Assembly (NCBI GenBank): GCA_937958015.1
Contig: CALGOA010000185.1
Coordinates: forward strand, 938-64,937
Source of the DNA: an uncultured Acidimicrobiales bacterium
Lineage (GTDB): Bacteria; Actinomycetota; Acidimicrobiia; Acidimicrobiales; SZUA-35
Direction: 5' to 3'
DNA length: 64,000 nt
Position 1 is the stretch's first letter. Each line of letters begins with the position of its first letter. The translations under genes and the position numbers were made by a program. Shown one piece after another: positions 8,278 to 17,088 of the stretch. Below the pieces are notes generated by a model. It saw only the letters and a list, made by a program, of their open reading frames with translations, was not told the origin of the DNA and ran no database searches.

Positions 8278-9885
8278 ATGACCACCCAACGCACCCTCAA
8301 GAAGCAGATCCGCGATCGCATGGGTCGAACCGGCGAGCGGTACACCACCGCCCGCAGCCACATCATCGGTTCGCAGAAACAACTCATGGTCGGCGGCCAA
8401 CAGGGCGACATCGCCGCAGTGAGGAATGCGCTCGCAGCTGCGGGCGTCGTCGGCCCCGATGGAACAGCCCTTACCGAAGCGCAGGTCTTTGGCCTGGCCG
8501 GTGGCATCGGGTTCCTCTACGGAGTGTTTCGCTACGACGGAGGACCGACGATGACGATCACCACCCGCAACACGTCGATGCCCGACACCTTCCTCGACCA
8601 ACTGTGGTCGACGGAGGGTCTCAGGTGTTCGGTCTCCACAACCGGAGGCGTGAAGAAAGCTCGCACCGACTTGGAGACCGCAGTCGCCGATGGGCGTCGG
8701 GCCCTGTGTTCTGTGGGAGCCGGCCGCCTCGGCTACCTCGGCCTCCCCGAGGAAGAAGCTGCCATGTATCCGATCGTCGTCGGGGTGATCTCTCACGATG
8801 GCGGTGACTACCTCATCGATGACCGGTCGCCGGTCCCCCACCGAATCGATGCCGAACAATTCGCAGCGGCGCGAGCGGTAGTGCGATCGGCGAAACACCG
8901 GATGGTCACGATCGATGGCGGCGAACCGGACTGGGAGCAGGTGATTGTGAGCGCGGTCCGAAACGGCGCCGACCGATACAACACACCGCCGGTGAAACAG
9001 TTCGCCGCAAACATCGGCCTTGCTGGACTCGACAAGTGGCGCCGACTCCTGACCGACTCCAGGGATCGCATGTCCTGGTCAAAGGTCTTTCCGGAAGGGC
9101 CAGACGCCGGCCTGGGGTTCAGCAGATTGTTCGAGTGCGTCGAGCATGCGTACACAGCTGCAAATGCAGGCCGGCCCCTCTACGCCGAGTTCCTCCGGTG
9201 GGCTGCCGATGTCACTACCGAATCGAGGTATGCAGAGGCCGCCGAAGCCGCCGACGCATCGGGCGAGAGGTGGGCTGCGATAGCGGATCTGTCCTCGAGT
9301 GCGGATCCGGCGGTGCGCCGGGCCGCCGCCGCCATCGACAAACGAGCTGAGTTGCTGGACAACGGGGCCGATCCCGACAAACTTCTCACCGCCTATCGAG
9401 ATCAGGAAACGGCGGTTGAGGCATGCCGGATCTCGGCCAAGCACGCGGCAGCGACTCGGACCCAGATCGCAGAGGAGCTCTCCGAGATCATCGAACACGA
9501 AACGACGATGCTGGAGATCCTTGGGGCCGGTATCGACCGGCCGTCACCCCCGACCCGGAGTCGTCGACGGGAGAACGAGGCTGACCGAATCACGATGCAG
9601 AACCCCAACACCGGTCGCACCGACAACACGATGGACCGGAAGATGTACGACCCCGTGCGCACCGCGATTCTGCAGGCGCTCAACGATGTCGATGGCGTCC
9701 GCTTCTCCGACCTGCCTGCCGAGGTTGAGGCGAGAACTCCGGCGGCGATGTGGGCCTCGAGCAAGGTCGGTTGGTACACCACGTCGGTCAAATTGGATCT
9801 GGAGGCTCGCGGTCTGCTCGAACGGTTTGATTCTCCTCAGCGGCTCCGGCTGACCACCGCCGGGCGGAACGCCCTGTCGAACTGA
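8278..9885 (+). CDS. BtrH_N/DUF4872-like protein fused to a C-terminal winged-helix-like module
   Basis: The track ORF starts at 8266, but ATG 8278 has GGAG 6 nt upstream. The middle region resembles the DUF4872 family (FAANIGLAGLDKWRRLL...RPLYAEFLRWAA...ERWAAIADL). The last ~100 aa (MQNPNTGRTDNTMDRKMYDPVRTAILQAL...KVGWYTTSVKLDLEARGLLER) look like an independent small wHTH domain. Family assignment is from memory. Confidence 0.55.
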   Translation: MTTQRTLKKQIRDRMGRTGERYTTARSHIIGSQKQLMVGGQQGDIAAVRNALAAAGVVGPDGTALTEAQVFGLAGGIGFLYGVFRYDGGPTMTITTRNTSMPDTFLDQLWSTEGLRCSVSTTGGVKKARTDLETAVADGRRALCSVGAGRLGYLGLPEEEAAMYPIVVGVISHDGGDYLIDDRSPVPHRIDAEQFAAARAVVRSAKHRMVTIDGGEPDWEQVIVSAVRNGADRYNTPPVKQFAANIGLAGLDKWRRLLTDSRDRMSWSKVFPEGPDAGLGFSRLFECVEHAYTAANAGRPLYAEFLRWAADVTTESRYAEAAEAADASGERWAAIADLSSSADPAVRRAAAAIDKRAELLDNGADPDKLLTAYRDQETAVEACRISAKHAAATRTQIAEELSEIIEHETTMLEILGAGIDRPSPPTRSRRRENEADRITMQNPNTGRTDNTMDRKMYDPVRTAILQALNDVDGVRFSDLPAEVEARTPAAMWASSKVGWYTTSVKLDLEARGLLERFDSPQRLRLTTAGRNALSN

Positions 9886-9999
9886 GCGATCATGGTCTGG
9901 GCGGGCGAATGGCGCGCCGCCCGGACCGTCCCGCGGGGTCCGACCCACAAATCTCGAGAACAGGTGCAAGGAATCAACCCCGCCGCAAGTGGGGTAGGT

Positions 10000-10494
10000 G
10001 TGAAGGCTGACATCGAAGCGATCGAGCTTCTCGTCGATGAACCGGACAGCATCGATTTTGCGACGTTCTATTCACAGGAACACGAGGGACAGGTTCGGCG
10101 AGCGTTTCTGCTCCTAGGCACATCATCCGCCGCCCACGACGCTGTTGCAGAGGCGTTCGAAGAGGTGTTTCGCCGGTGGGACCAGATTCGAGACCCCGGC
10201 CCCTACCTGAACGTCGTCGTGATCAACTCGTGCCGGGACGCCGCCAAACGACGCGGACGGGAAACGCCGACCGATCGATTTCCCGACTGTGGACATGATG
10301 ATCGAGCCGATCACATGGCCGACTGCCTGATGGGACTTCCGTTTCGGCAGCGGGCGGCGGTCGTCTTGCGGTACTACGGCGGCGAATCCGAAGCATCGAT
10401 CGCCGAATATCTGGACTGCCGCCCGGGCACCGTCGGCTCCCTCATCCATCGCGGCCTGAAGGCCCTACGCCTGCAATTGAAGGAATTGGAATGA
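10000..10494 (+). CDS. ECF-type RNA polymerase sigma-70 family factor
   Basis: Region 2 (AHDAVAEAFEEVFRRWDQIRDPGPYLNVVVINSCRDAAKRR) and region 4 (LPFRQRAAVVLRYYGGESEASIAEYLDCRPGTVGSLIHRGLKALR) are present. The track ORF begins at 9892; GTG 10000 gives a typical ECF length. The start is uncertain. Confidence 0.8.
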   Translation: MKADIEAIELLVDEPDSIDFATFYSQEHEGQVRRAFLLLGTSSAAHDAVAEAFEEVFRRWDQIRDPGPYLNVVVINSCRDAAKRRGRETPTDRFPDCGHDDRADHMADCLMGLPFRQRAAVVLRYYGGESEASIAEYLDCRPGTVGSLIHRGLKALRLQLKELE

Positions 10495-12104
10495 TCGAAC
10501 TCCTACCTGACGAATTTGAACAGGAACTGGCCGAACTGATGAACGAGCGCGCCAGTCGACTCCGAGTCGAGTCCTCACCTGTTCGAGAAACGGCTCACAC
10601 GAACAGCCCGTCACGGCGACCCTGGATTTTGGCGGCCGCAGCAGTCCTGCTGATCGTGTTGGGTCTGGCCGGTCTCAACCGCTGGTCTGAGCGCGACGAT
10701 TCTCGATTCGTTGACTCTGCAGCGTCATCAGCGCTCGAGACGGAGTTGGTGATCTGGATTGAACAGTCAGCGACGCCGGGTGAGATTGACGAGGTTGCGG
10801 CAACGCTCGAGAGCCTCTCCAGCGTCGTTCGCTTCACCTATGTCGACAGGTCTCAGACCTTCGCCGAGTTCGAGGAGTACTTCGCTGAGTCCCCCGAGGT
10901 TCTTCTGGCGGTCGAACCTGAGGACCTACCCGTCTCGTTTCGTGTCGAGACGAACGATCCGAAGGCTGTGACAGACGCCGTGCAGGATCTCGCTGGCGTC
11001 CGGCAGGTTGATATCGGGTCCGACCAGACCTCAGATCCCGGATGGCTCTTCCCGGCTGCGGCATTGGAATCGGTGGTGATGATCGATCCGGATGTCTCGC
11101 TTGCGTACCTACAGAGGGTTCATGCTGCAGTCGAAGAGTTGAGCTCGACCCGCTCGGCGTATCCGGTCAGCACGGCCCGAAGCCTGGAAAAGTTCGCTGA
11201 GTTCTTCGACGACTATCCAGCGCTGCGCACACAGATCGAAGACGCTGACCTGCGGCCCTCGGTACGGGTAGTTACCGAGGACATCGTCGAACTTCGTCGA
11301 ACCGTCGATGGAATGCCTGGGGTTCTCTTCGTCACTGGATCGTCCGTGCCAGCGGACCCCGATCCAATCTTCCTTTTGCCGGCGAACGACATCGCAGCCG
11401 CAGCGACCGTCGAATCGGCGTTCGGCCCGGAAACTCCCAACGTTGACGCCGGGCAGGCGCTCTTACTTGCGAGCGACACCAGTCAAGACCTCTCCGTGGT
11501 CCGTCAGATCGATGCTCCGAGCTTCTCAGATCCAGTCTTTCTAACCCATTCCGTTGGGGACCGCATGGTCGCTCGGGACGTGATACGAGACGGTCGCCGG
11601 CAGGCTGCCGAACCGCTCGCAGACGGAACGTGGCTGCAGTACCTCAGCCCGGTCGCCGAACTCGATGACCTGATCGCTTCGACGCGATTCACCAATGGGA
11701 GGATCATCGTCGACAACCCGGCCTTTGCGGAGAGGTCACGCATTGACGACATCTCCGGTGGCGCTTCAACCTGGCTGACGCTGGACGAGTTCTCCGGTGA
11801 CCGACTGTTCATCCGAATGTTGGCCCACGGCACGATCCGGAGCGAAGAATTCTGGACGCTGGCTGAAACGGGCAGGCCGCCGGAGTCTGAGTTTCGGGTC
11901 AACGGACTGCCGACGTGGACCGGTTCAGTAGTTGAAGTCGATGAAGATGTGACCTGGACATCGGTTGGTTGGTATCCCGACGAGGGTCGGTGGGTCTCGG
12001 TTTCGGGGTCACGAAGCCTCGAGGAACTCGTTGAGATCGCCGAGGGTCTGCAGGAAGTTGACGAGGCAACATGGCGAGCGTGGGTTGACGATCGTTCCGA
12101 CTAG
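10491..12104 (+). CDS. single-pass membrane protein, putative anti-sigma factor with two FtsX-ECD-like repeats and a DUF4367-like C-terminus
   Basis: ATGA overlap with the sigma gene. It has a short cytoplasmic N-terminus, one TM segment (WILAAAAVLLIVLGLAGL), and two alpha/beta modules resembling the FtsX extracellular domain (VIWIEQSATPGEIDEVAATLESLSSVVRFTYVDRSQTFAEF... and VMIDPDVSLAYLQRVHAAVEELSS...). The C-terminal end is VTWTSVGWYPDEGRWVSVSGSRSLEELVEIAEGL. Confidence 0.6.
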   Translation: MIELLPDEFEQELAELMNERASRLRVESSPVRETAHTNSPSRRPWILAAAAVLLIVLGLAGLNRWSERDDSRFVDSAASSALETELVIWIEQSATPGEIDEVAATLESLSSVVRFTYVDRSQTFAEFEEYFAESPEVLLAVEPEDLPVSFRVETNDPKAVTDAVQDLAGVRQVDIGSDQTSDPGWLFPAAALESVVMIDPDVSLAYLQRVHAAVEELSSTRSAYPVSTARSLEKFAEFFDDYPALRTQIEDADLRPSVRVVTEDIVELRRTVDGMPGVLFVTGSSVPADPDPIFLLPANDIAAAATVESAFGPETPNVDAGQALLLASDTSQDLSVVRQIDAPSFSDPVFLTHSVGDRMVARDVIRDGRRQAAEPLADGTWLQYLSPVAELDDLIASTRFTNGRIIVDNPAFAERSRIDDISGGASTWLTLDEFSGDRLFIRMLAHGTIRSEEFWTLAETGRPPESEFRVNGLPTWTGSVVEVDEDVTWTSVGWYPDEGRWVSVSGSRSLEELVEIAEGLQEVDEATWRAWVDDRSD

Positions 12105-12187
12105 TAGCTGCAGAGTCCGATTCGAAGACGAGGGCACGAAACGATTCGGATTCGGTTCCGACATGCTGGCGGAGCTACGTTGACGCC

Positions 12188-12670
12188 GTGACTCCACATC
12201 TTGTGACAGGTGACCAACTCCCGCCGCTGATGGCAAAAGATCTCGACGGCAACGAGGTCGACATGACCGCCAGCGTGGCCGGCAACTGGGCCGTGATCAT
12301 GTACTACCGAGGCGATTGGTGACCCTACTGCCGTCAACAGTTGGTTGACTTCGCCGTCCACGGACTCCCGCTCATGAGTCTGGGGGTCAAGGTTGTTGCC
12401 GCCTCGGTCGATTCTGTCGAGTCGGTGGCCAAACTCCGAGAGGGTCTGCACGTCGGGTACCCGATGTATGCCGAGGTCGACGCAGCTGCGCTGGCCGAGG
12501 CCACCGGAGCGTCGGTGCACATCGGTGAGGACCGGACGTTTACCCATGCCACGGCCTTCCTCGTCAACCCCGAGGGGATCATCTCAAATGCGGTGTACTC
12601 GACCGGACCGATCGGCCGATTCACCGCCAGCGAGATCATCCGCAAGACGATGTTCGAACAACGTAAGTAG
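12188..12670 (+). CDS. redoxin / AhpC-TSA (PRX_like) thioredoxin-fold protein with in-frame TGA at the active-site Cys position (candidate selenoprotein, otherwise a pseudogene)
   Basis: One frame reads VTPHLVTGDQLPPLMAKDLDGNEVDMTASVAGNWAVIMYYRGDW-TGA(12320-12322)-PYCRQQLVDFAVHGL...NPEGIISNAVYS.... The family motif is W-C-P-x-C. The track reports only the C-terminal 109 aa (12341-12670). Confidence 0.6.
12320..12349 (+). other. UGA codon plus downstream stem-loop (candidate bacterial SECIS element)
   Basis: A perfect 6-bp stem GUCAAC (12333-12338) / GUUGAC (12344-12349) closes the loop AGUUG. The stem starts 11 nt after the UGA, and the loop contains GU. Confidence 0.45.
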
Positions 12671-12791
12671 AACCCCAGCAATCTCGCTCAGAATTTCAGC
12701 GCACTCTTTGTGCACGGGATAGGTTCTGAATGGGCGTCGGCAAGGGAGTGGCCGTGCCGCCGCCCGTCCTTCCTTGCCGGCGACCCACCGA

Positions 12792-13364
12792 CTACAGGTC
12801 CTTAACCATCAGGATCCACTCGCCCGGTTGATCAGACCCCGGGAAGGGAGCGAAGGGCCGCCTCTGCCACTCCCGAAAGCCGAGACTCAGGTAGAGCCGA
12901 TGTGCGCCAGCGTTGAAACTGCCGACGAGCAGCGTCACACGTTCCACCCCTGCCTTGCGTGCTTTACGGTCTGCCAGAGCAAACAACTCGTGTCCCACGC
13001 CCTGGCCCCGGAACTCGGGGTGCACGGACGCAACCGAGACGTACCAGGTCCCCACCGCCAGCGCCTTCAGTTCGTTCAATGGTTGGAGCACCGCCGCCGT
13101 GCGCTCGGTGGGCTCGGGCATCGGGGGAAGCACATAGCTGTTCAGAGCCCCGGCCACTCTCTGTTCGACCTCGACGACCGCCCACTTCGACAGGTGCGTG
13201 AGTGCGTCGCCATTGTCGAGAATGCCGGACCGACCAACTTCGAAGCTCGACTGTCCCTCCTGGGCATGTTCCTCCCACAGCCAGGAGACCAAGCGGCGGG
13301 TTGCCGCATCGGCAAGGATCGCCAGGTCGGAACTGTCGCCGCCGACCGCGTCCCGAACCGTCAT
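12792..13364 (-). CDS. GNAT family N-acetyltransferase
   Basis: Acetyl-CoA binding motif VHPEFRGQGVGHELFALADRKARKAGVERVTLLV...NAGAHRLYLSLGF. The track ORF extends to 13409; ATG 13364 (MTVRDAVGG) is the preferred start. Confidence 0.8.
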   Translation of the reverse strand: MTVRDAVGGDSSDLAILADAATRRLVSWLWEEHAQEGQSSFEVGRSGILDNGDALTHLSKWAVVEVEQRVAGALNSYVLPPMPEPTERTAAVLQPLNELKALAVGTWYVSVASVHPEFRGQGVGHELFALADRKARKAGVERVTLLVGSFNAGAHRLYLSLGFREWQRRPFAPFPGSDQPGEWILMVKDL

Positions 13365-13562
13365 GTCTGGTATCACCCTGCTGTCAGCCACGACAAGAGC
13401 ATGCGCCACGACGCACGTTTATGCCAGCGATTGAAGCGGAGAAATTCGCCGCGACCGGAGGTGGCTTCTCGGCGTCAGAACACTACGCCCACTCGGCCGC
13501 ACGGCGTCACTGTTGACGGCGGCGGCTGCGGCCGATGTGGGTGGGTTAAGCCTGCCGAGCGA

Positions 13563-14318
13563 CTAGCCGGACATGTAGTTGCTGGTGGCACCGCCGTCCA
13601 GCACGATGGTCTGGCCGGTCACCCAACCCGACGCCTCCGAGCAGAGGTACATGGCCGCATTGGAGATGTCCTCAACTTCGCCGAGTCGTTTCAGTGGGTA
13701 GGCCTTGGCGGCCTGCTCGCCTCGTTCGCCCTCCCAGAGAAGGCGGGCGAAGTCGGTCTTGATCAGGCCCGGAGCGACCGCATTCACGCGTACGCGCGGA
13801 GCGAGTTCGGCCGCTAGTTGTTTCGTGGTGTGGATCAGCGCTGACTTGGTCATGTTGTAGACCGCAAGCTCTGCGCTGGTACCCAGTCCGCCGACCGAGG
13901 CGACATTGAGAATGGCTCCGCCGTTTTCTTTCATCGATGCGTTCCATGCCGCCTGCGCCCACAGGACGGGGGCGGTGAGGTTTACCTGGATCGTCTTGTT
14001 CCAGCGCCCGAGGTCAGCCTCGATCATGGGTCCCACGTAGGGATTGGTCGCAGCGTTGTTCACAAGGATGTCGACTCCACCAAACTGCTCGACGGTTGAC
14101 GCAACGACGGCCTCGGCCGACTCGGGTTCGCCGACGTTGCCCGGCATCCAGACACAGGCTCCCCCGATCTCACCCGCCGCTTCTTCGAGCTGCTCGGCTT
14201 TGCGGCTGGTGATCATGACGTTGGCGCCAGCGTTCGAGAACGCCGTGGCGATCGCTTTGCCGATTCCCCGGGAACCCCCGGTCACAATCGCAGTCTTTCC
14301 GTCCAGACGAATCTCCAT
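13563..14318 (-). CDS. SDR family oxidoreductase
   Basis: 251-aa ORF with TGGSRGIGKAIA, NNAA and the YNMTKSAL (YxxxK) catalytic motif. Confidence 0.9.
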   Translation of the reverse strand: MEIRLDGKTAIVTGGSRGIGKAIATAFSNAGANVMITSRKAEQLEEAAGEIGGACVWMPGNVGEPESAEAVVASTVEQFGGVDILVNNAATNPYVGPMIEADLGRWNKTIQVNLTAPVLWAQAAWNASMKENGGAILNVASVGGLGTSAELAVYNMTKSALIHTTKQLAAELAPRVRVNAVAPGLIKTDFARLLWEGERGEQAAKAYPLKRLGEVEDISNAAMYLCSEASGWVTGQTIVLDGGATSNYMSG

Positions 14319-14340
14319 CCGGCGAGACTAGTGCGGGGTC

Positions 14341-14697
14341 CTAGCGGGCCCGAATTACGCAGAATTCGTTGCCGGTCGGATCGGCCATCACAACCGTCTC
14401 GTACGGTGTCGGCTCTGCTTCCCGGGCGATGACCGTGGCACCCAACGACTCGAGCCGGGCCACCTCGTCGGGCACAACGTCGACAACAACGTCGAAGTGC
14501 ATCCGGTTTTTCACCGCCTTGGGTTCGGGAACCCGTTGGAGCGTGAACGCCTGAAGCCCCGTCCATTTACCGGTGGCCCGCAGCAGGCGGTAGTCACCTT
14601 CGGACTGGACCGAGAACCCGAGGGCCTCGGACCAGAAGTCGGCCGCGCTATCGAGATCGACGACGTCCAACGTGATTCCAATGTGGCGAACGGTCAT
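14341..14697 (-). CDS. VOC (glyoxalase-like) family protein
   Basis: 118-aa ORF with IGITLDVVDLDSAADFWSEALGF, MHFDVVVD and GNEFCVI. Confidence 0.7.
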   Translation of the reverse strand: MTVRHIGITLDVVDLDSAADFWSEALGFSVQSEGDYRLLRATGKWTGLQAFTLQRVPEPKAVKNRMHFDVVVDVVPDEVARLESLGATVIAREAEPTPYETVVMADPTGNEFCVIRAR

Positions 14698-14741
14698 GGC
14701 GTCATCATTGCAGTCGGTATGGGCGAATGATCGTCAGCGGG

Positions 14742-15224
14742 TCACAGCTCTGCTGCGGTCTGAACGCCACTCCACCGCTCCAGCTCTGCGTCGAAATCGA
14801 TCGGTTCAACGGTGACGCCGCCAACCTTGGCCCACTCGCTCTGCGGAAGCATCCACATCACCTCGAACTCGATGCCGTCGGGATCTTTGGCATAGACACT
14901 CTTGGTGGTGCCGTGGCTCGATTGACCAACCAGGGCTCCGAGTGCTTCGAGGGTGGCTCGGGCCTGCACCAATTCGTCGATCGTGTTCACCTGCCATGCG
15001 AGGTGGTAGAGGCCGGGCGCGCGCCCGGGTGGTGTTGTTGCAGGTCCTACCTGGAACAAACCAAGGTCGTGGTCGTTCGCTCCATTGGACAACTTGAGGA
15101 AGACAGCGCCGGGCATCTCTGCGACAACGTCCATGGCGAGCGCGTTCGTCCAGAACGCCTTCGACCGTTCGACATCGCTGACATACAGCACGGCATGGTT
15201 CAAACGAACAGCAGGAATAGCCAT
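14742..15224 (-). CDS. VOC family protein (glyoxalase/bleomycin-resistance/dioxygenase fold)
   Basis: LNHAVLYVSDVERSKAFWTNALAMDVV and LYHLAWQV motifs. The start was trimmed to ATG 15224 (MAIPAVRL). Confidence 0.75.
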   Translation of the reverse strand: MAIPAVRLNHAVLYVSDVERSKAFWTNALAMDVVAEMPGAVFLKLSNGANDHDLGLFQVGPATTPPGRAPGLYHLAWQVNTIDELVQARATLEALGALVGQSSHGTTKSVYAKDPDGIEFEVMWMLPQSEWAKVGGVTVEPIDFDAELERWSGVQTAAEL

Positions 15225-15269
15225 AGTGGTTCCAACGCCAACCGTCGTCCGCAAATTCCTTGATTGCGG

Positions 15270-16262
15270 CTAGGAGGCATTCACCTCGGGCATGATGTCG
15301 AGCGCCAGCCTCTTGAGGTCGTCCAGGGTCTTCGAAACCGGAACGTCGGTGAAGGGGGGCCAGATCAACGGCATCGTGAGTCCGGCCTCTTTCAGCCGCT
15401 TCAGGTTGTCTGTCACCTGATCGGCGGTCCCGATCAGGATGTTGCTGCCTTTGCCCATGTCGCCCTGATCGGACTTCTCATCGGTGATCACGGTCCAGTA
15501 CATGCTGCAGACCTCCAGCTCATCCATCGCTTTGGGTTTGTCCAGCTTCTCCAACTCCTCCTGGATGGGCCCTCGCCATTCCTGCAATTCGGTGGGTGTG
15601 TCCTGGATGCCTATCCACCCGGACAGGTTGTACTTTGCGATGCGGTTGGCCGACCGTTTCGGATCCTTCAACCCGCTCATGAAAATTGGCGGATGGGGGT
15701 CCTGCACCGGTTTGGCGCCAAACCCACACGACTCAAAGTCGGCGAACTCGCCGTGATATTCGAACAGCTCGTTGGTCCAGATCCCCTGCATGATCTCGAT
15801 CGTTTCCCGCACGTGCTTGTGTCGCTTCGGGTAGATGTGCGACGCACTCGCCGCCGCGAACTCCTCGGGCATCCAACCCGCTCCCACGCCGACGTTGAGC
15901 CGCCCGCCACTGAGATGATCGACCGTCGCCAGCTCGGTGGCGAGGACACCGGGAGCGCGGTACGGCGTATCGGTGATGCTCATTCCGATTCGCACCTTCT
16001 CCGTCTTTGCCGCCAACCACGGGATCAGAGGCCAGCCTTGGTACCACTGGCCGCGAGCCGATACCGGCAGCTGCTTGGGGAACCCATCCATCATTCCGAA
16101 CGCGTTGGTCATCTCTTCGCGATCCGATGACTCGGGAACGACAATCCGGTCGAGGGTCCACACGGAGTCGAAGTCCAGTTCCTCCGCGAGCGCGGTGAGG
16201 TCTTCGAGCTCCTTGACCGTCACCTTGTCGCGAAAGTTCGGCAGGTACAGAGCGAGCTTCAT
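15270..16262 (-). CDS. LLM-class (luciferase-like) flavin/F420-dependent oxidoreductase
   Basis: MKLALYLPNF, LDFDSVWTLDRIV and GRLNVGVGAGWMPEEF, typical of the luciferase-like monooxygenase family. The start was trimmed from 16277. Confidence 0.8.
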   Translation of the reverse strand: MKLALYLPNFRDKVTVKELEDLTALAEELDFDSVWTLDRIVVPESSDREEMTNAFGMMDGFPKQLPVSARGQWYQGWPLIPWLAAKTEKVRIGMSITDTPYRAPGVLATELATVDHLSGGRLNVGVGAGWMPEEFAAASASHIYPKRHKHVRETIEIMQGIWTNELFEYHGEFADFESCGFGAKPVQDPHPPIFMSGLKDPKRSANRIAKYNLSGWIGIQDTPTELQEWRGPIQEELEKLDKPKAMDELEVCSMYWTVITDEKSDQGDMGKGSNILIGTADQVTDNLKRLKEAGLTMPLIWPPFTDVPVSKTLDDLKRLALDIMPEVNAS

Positions 16263-16389
16263 GAGAGTGTCCTCCAAGAGTTGGGCTGCCCGGTCGCAGC
16301 TGAATCCAGCCTTGCGCGCTGCCAGGCATCGCCAACAGACACGAACGTTTCATTCGCTCTAGTGCCAATGCACCAGACCGAATCCGTGG

Positions 16390-17037
16390 TCAGCGTCGAA
16401 GAATTCCGAGTCGGGCCGCGATGGCGGTCGCCTCGAGTTTGGAGTGAGCACCGAGCTTGATCAGCACATGTTGCATGTGGTTTCGCACGGTGTTGACGCT
16501 CAGGTGCAACTCCTCGGCGATTGCCTTGTTGCTGCGACCCAGCGAAGCGATTCTCAATATCTGCAGCTCTCGGTCAGTGAGATCGGTTCCAAGTTGATCG
16601 GCGCCGGACCCAACCACCGACCTGAGCATGTCTGCCGAGACCGGGGTGTGGTCCGAAGCTACAGCTTTAATTGCGGCGAGGATCTCAGCTGATCCGTTCC
16701 TCTTGGTGATGAACCCATCAGCCCCCGCATCCATCACCTCGTTCAGAACGACGGGACTGGAGTACGACGTGAGCATCAGGATTCGGGCCGTCGGGACCGC
16801 CTCGTTCAGCGCCGTCAAAGCATCCGTCCCCTGTGAGTCGGGCAGGTCGTAGTCCAGAACGATGACATCGGGGCGCGAGGCCCGCGCCGTCGCGACCGCC
16901 TCGGAACTGGTACCGACCGTGCCGAGAACATCCACCATCTCGTCCTTCGACAATGCTTCGGCAAGCAACTCGGCAAGAACTCGATGATCGTCGACGATCA
17001 AAACCCTAATCGCCGCCGACGACGTCAACGGCGTCAT
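16390..17037 (-). CDS. NarL/FixJ-type response regulator (REC + LuxR HTH)
   Basis: IRVLIVDDHRVL...DVIVLDYDLPD in the receiver, and LTDRELQILRIASLGRSNKAIAEELHLSVNTVRNHMQHVLIKLG at the C-terminus. The start is either 17037 or 17082. Confidence 0.9.
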   Translation of the reverse strand: MTPLTSSAAIRVLIVDDHRVLAELLAEALSKDEMVDVLGTVGTSSEAVATARASRPDVIVLDYDLPDSQGTDALTALNEAVPTARILMLTSYSSPVVLNEVMDAGADGFITKRNGSAEILAAIKAVASDHTPVSADMLRSVVGSGADQLGTDLTDRELQILRIASLGRSNKAIAEELHLSVNTVRNHMQHVLIKLGAHSKLEATAIAARLGILRR

Positions 17038-17088
17038 CGTCCAGTGGACAGCAGCGGCCCGAACGCGAGAGGATTCAGCCACCGGTAC

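Noticed and set aside
12341-12670. Stand-alone 109-aa ORF, as listed in the ORF track
   Set aside because: Starting at TTG 12341 would remove the N-terminal half of the thioredoxin fold and the redox motif. The upstream 44 codons in the same frame encode exactly the missing part. The ORF is therefore better explained as the C-terminal portion of a TGA-interrupted redoxin gene (Sec or pseudogene).
12774-13817. 347-aa plus-strand ORF
   Set aside because: It is antisense to the GNAT gene (which has a clear acetyl-CoA motif) and to the SDR 3' end. No domain is recognisable.
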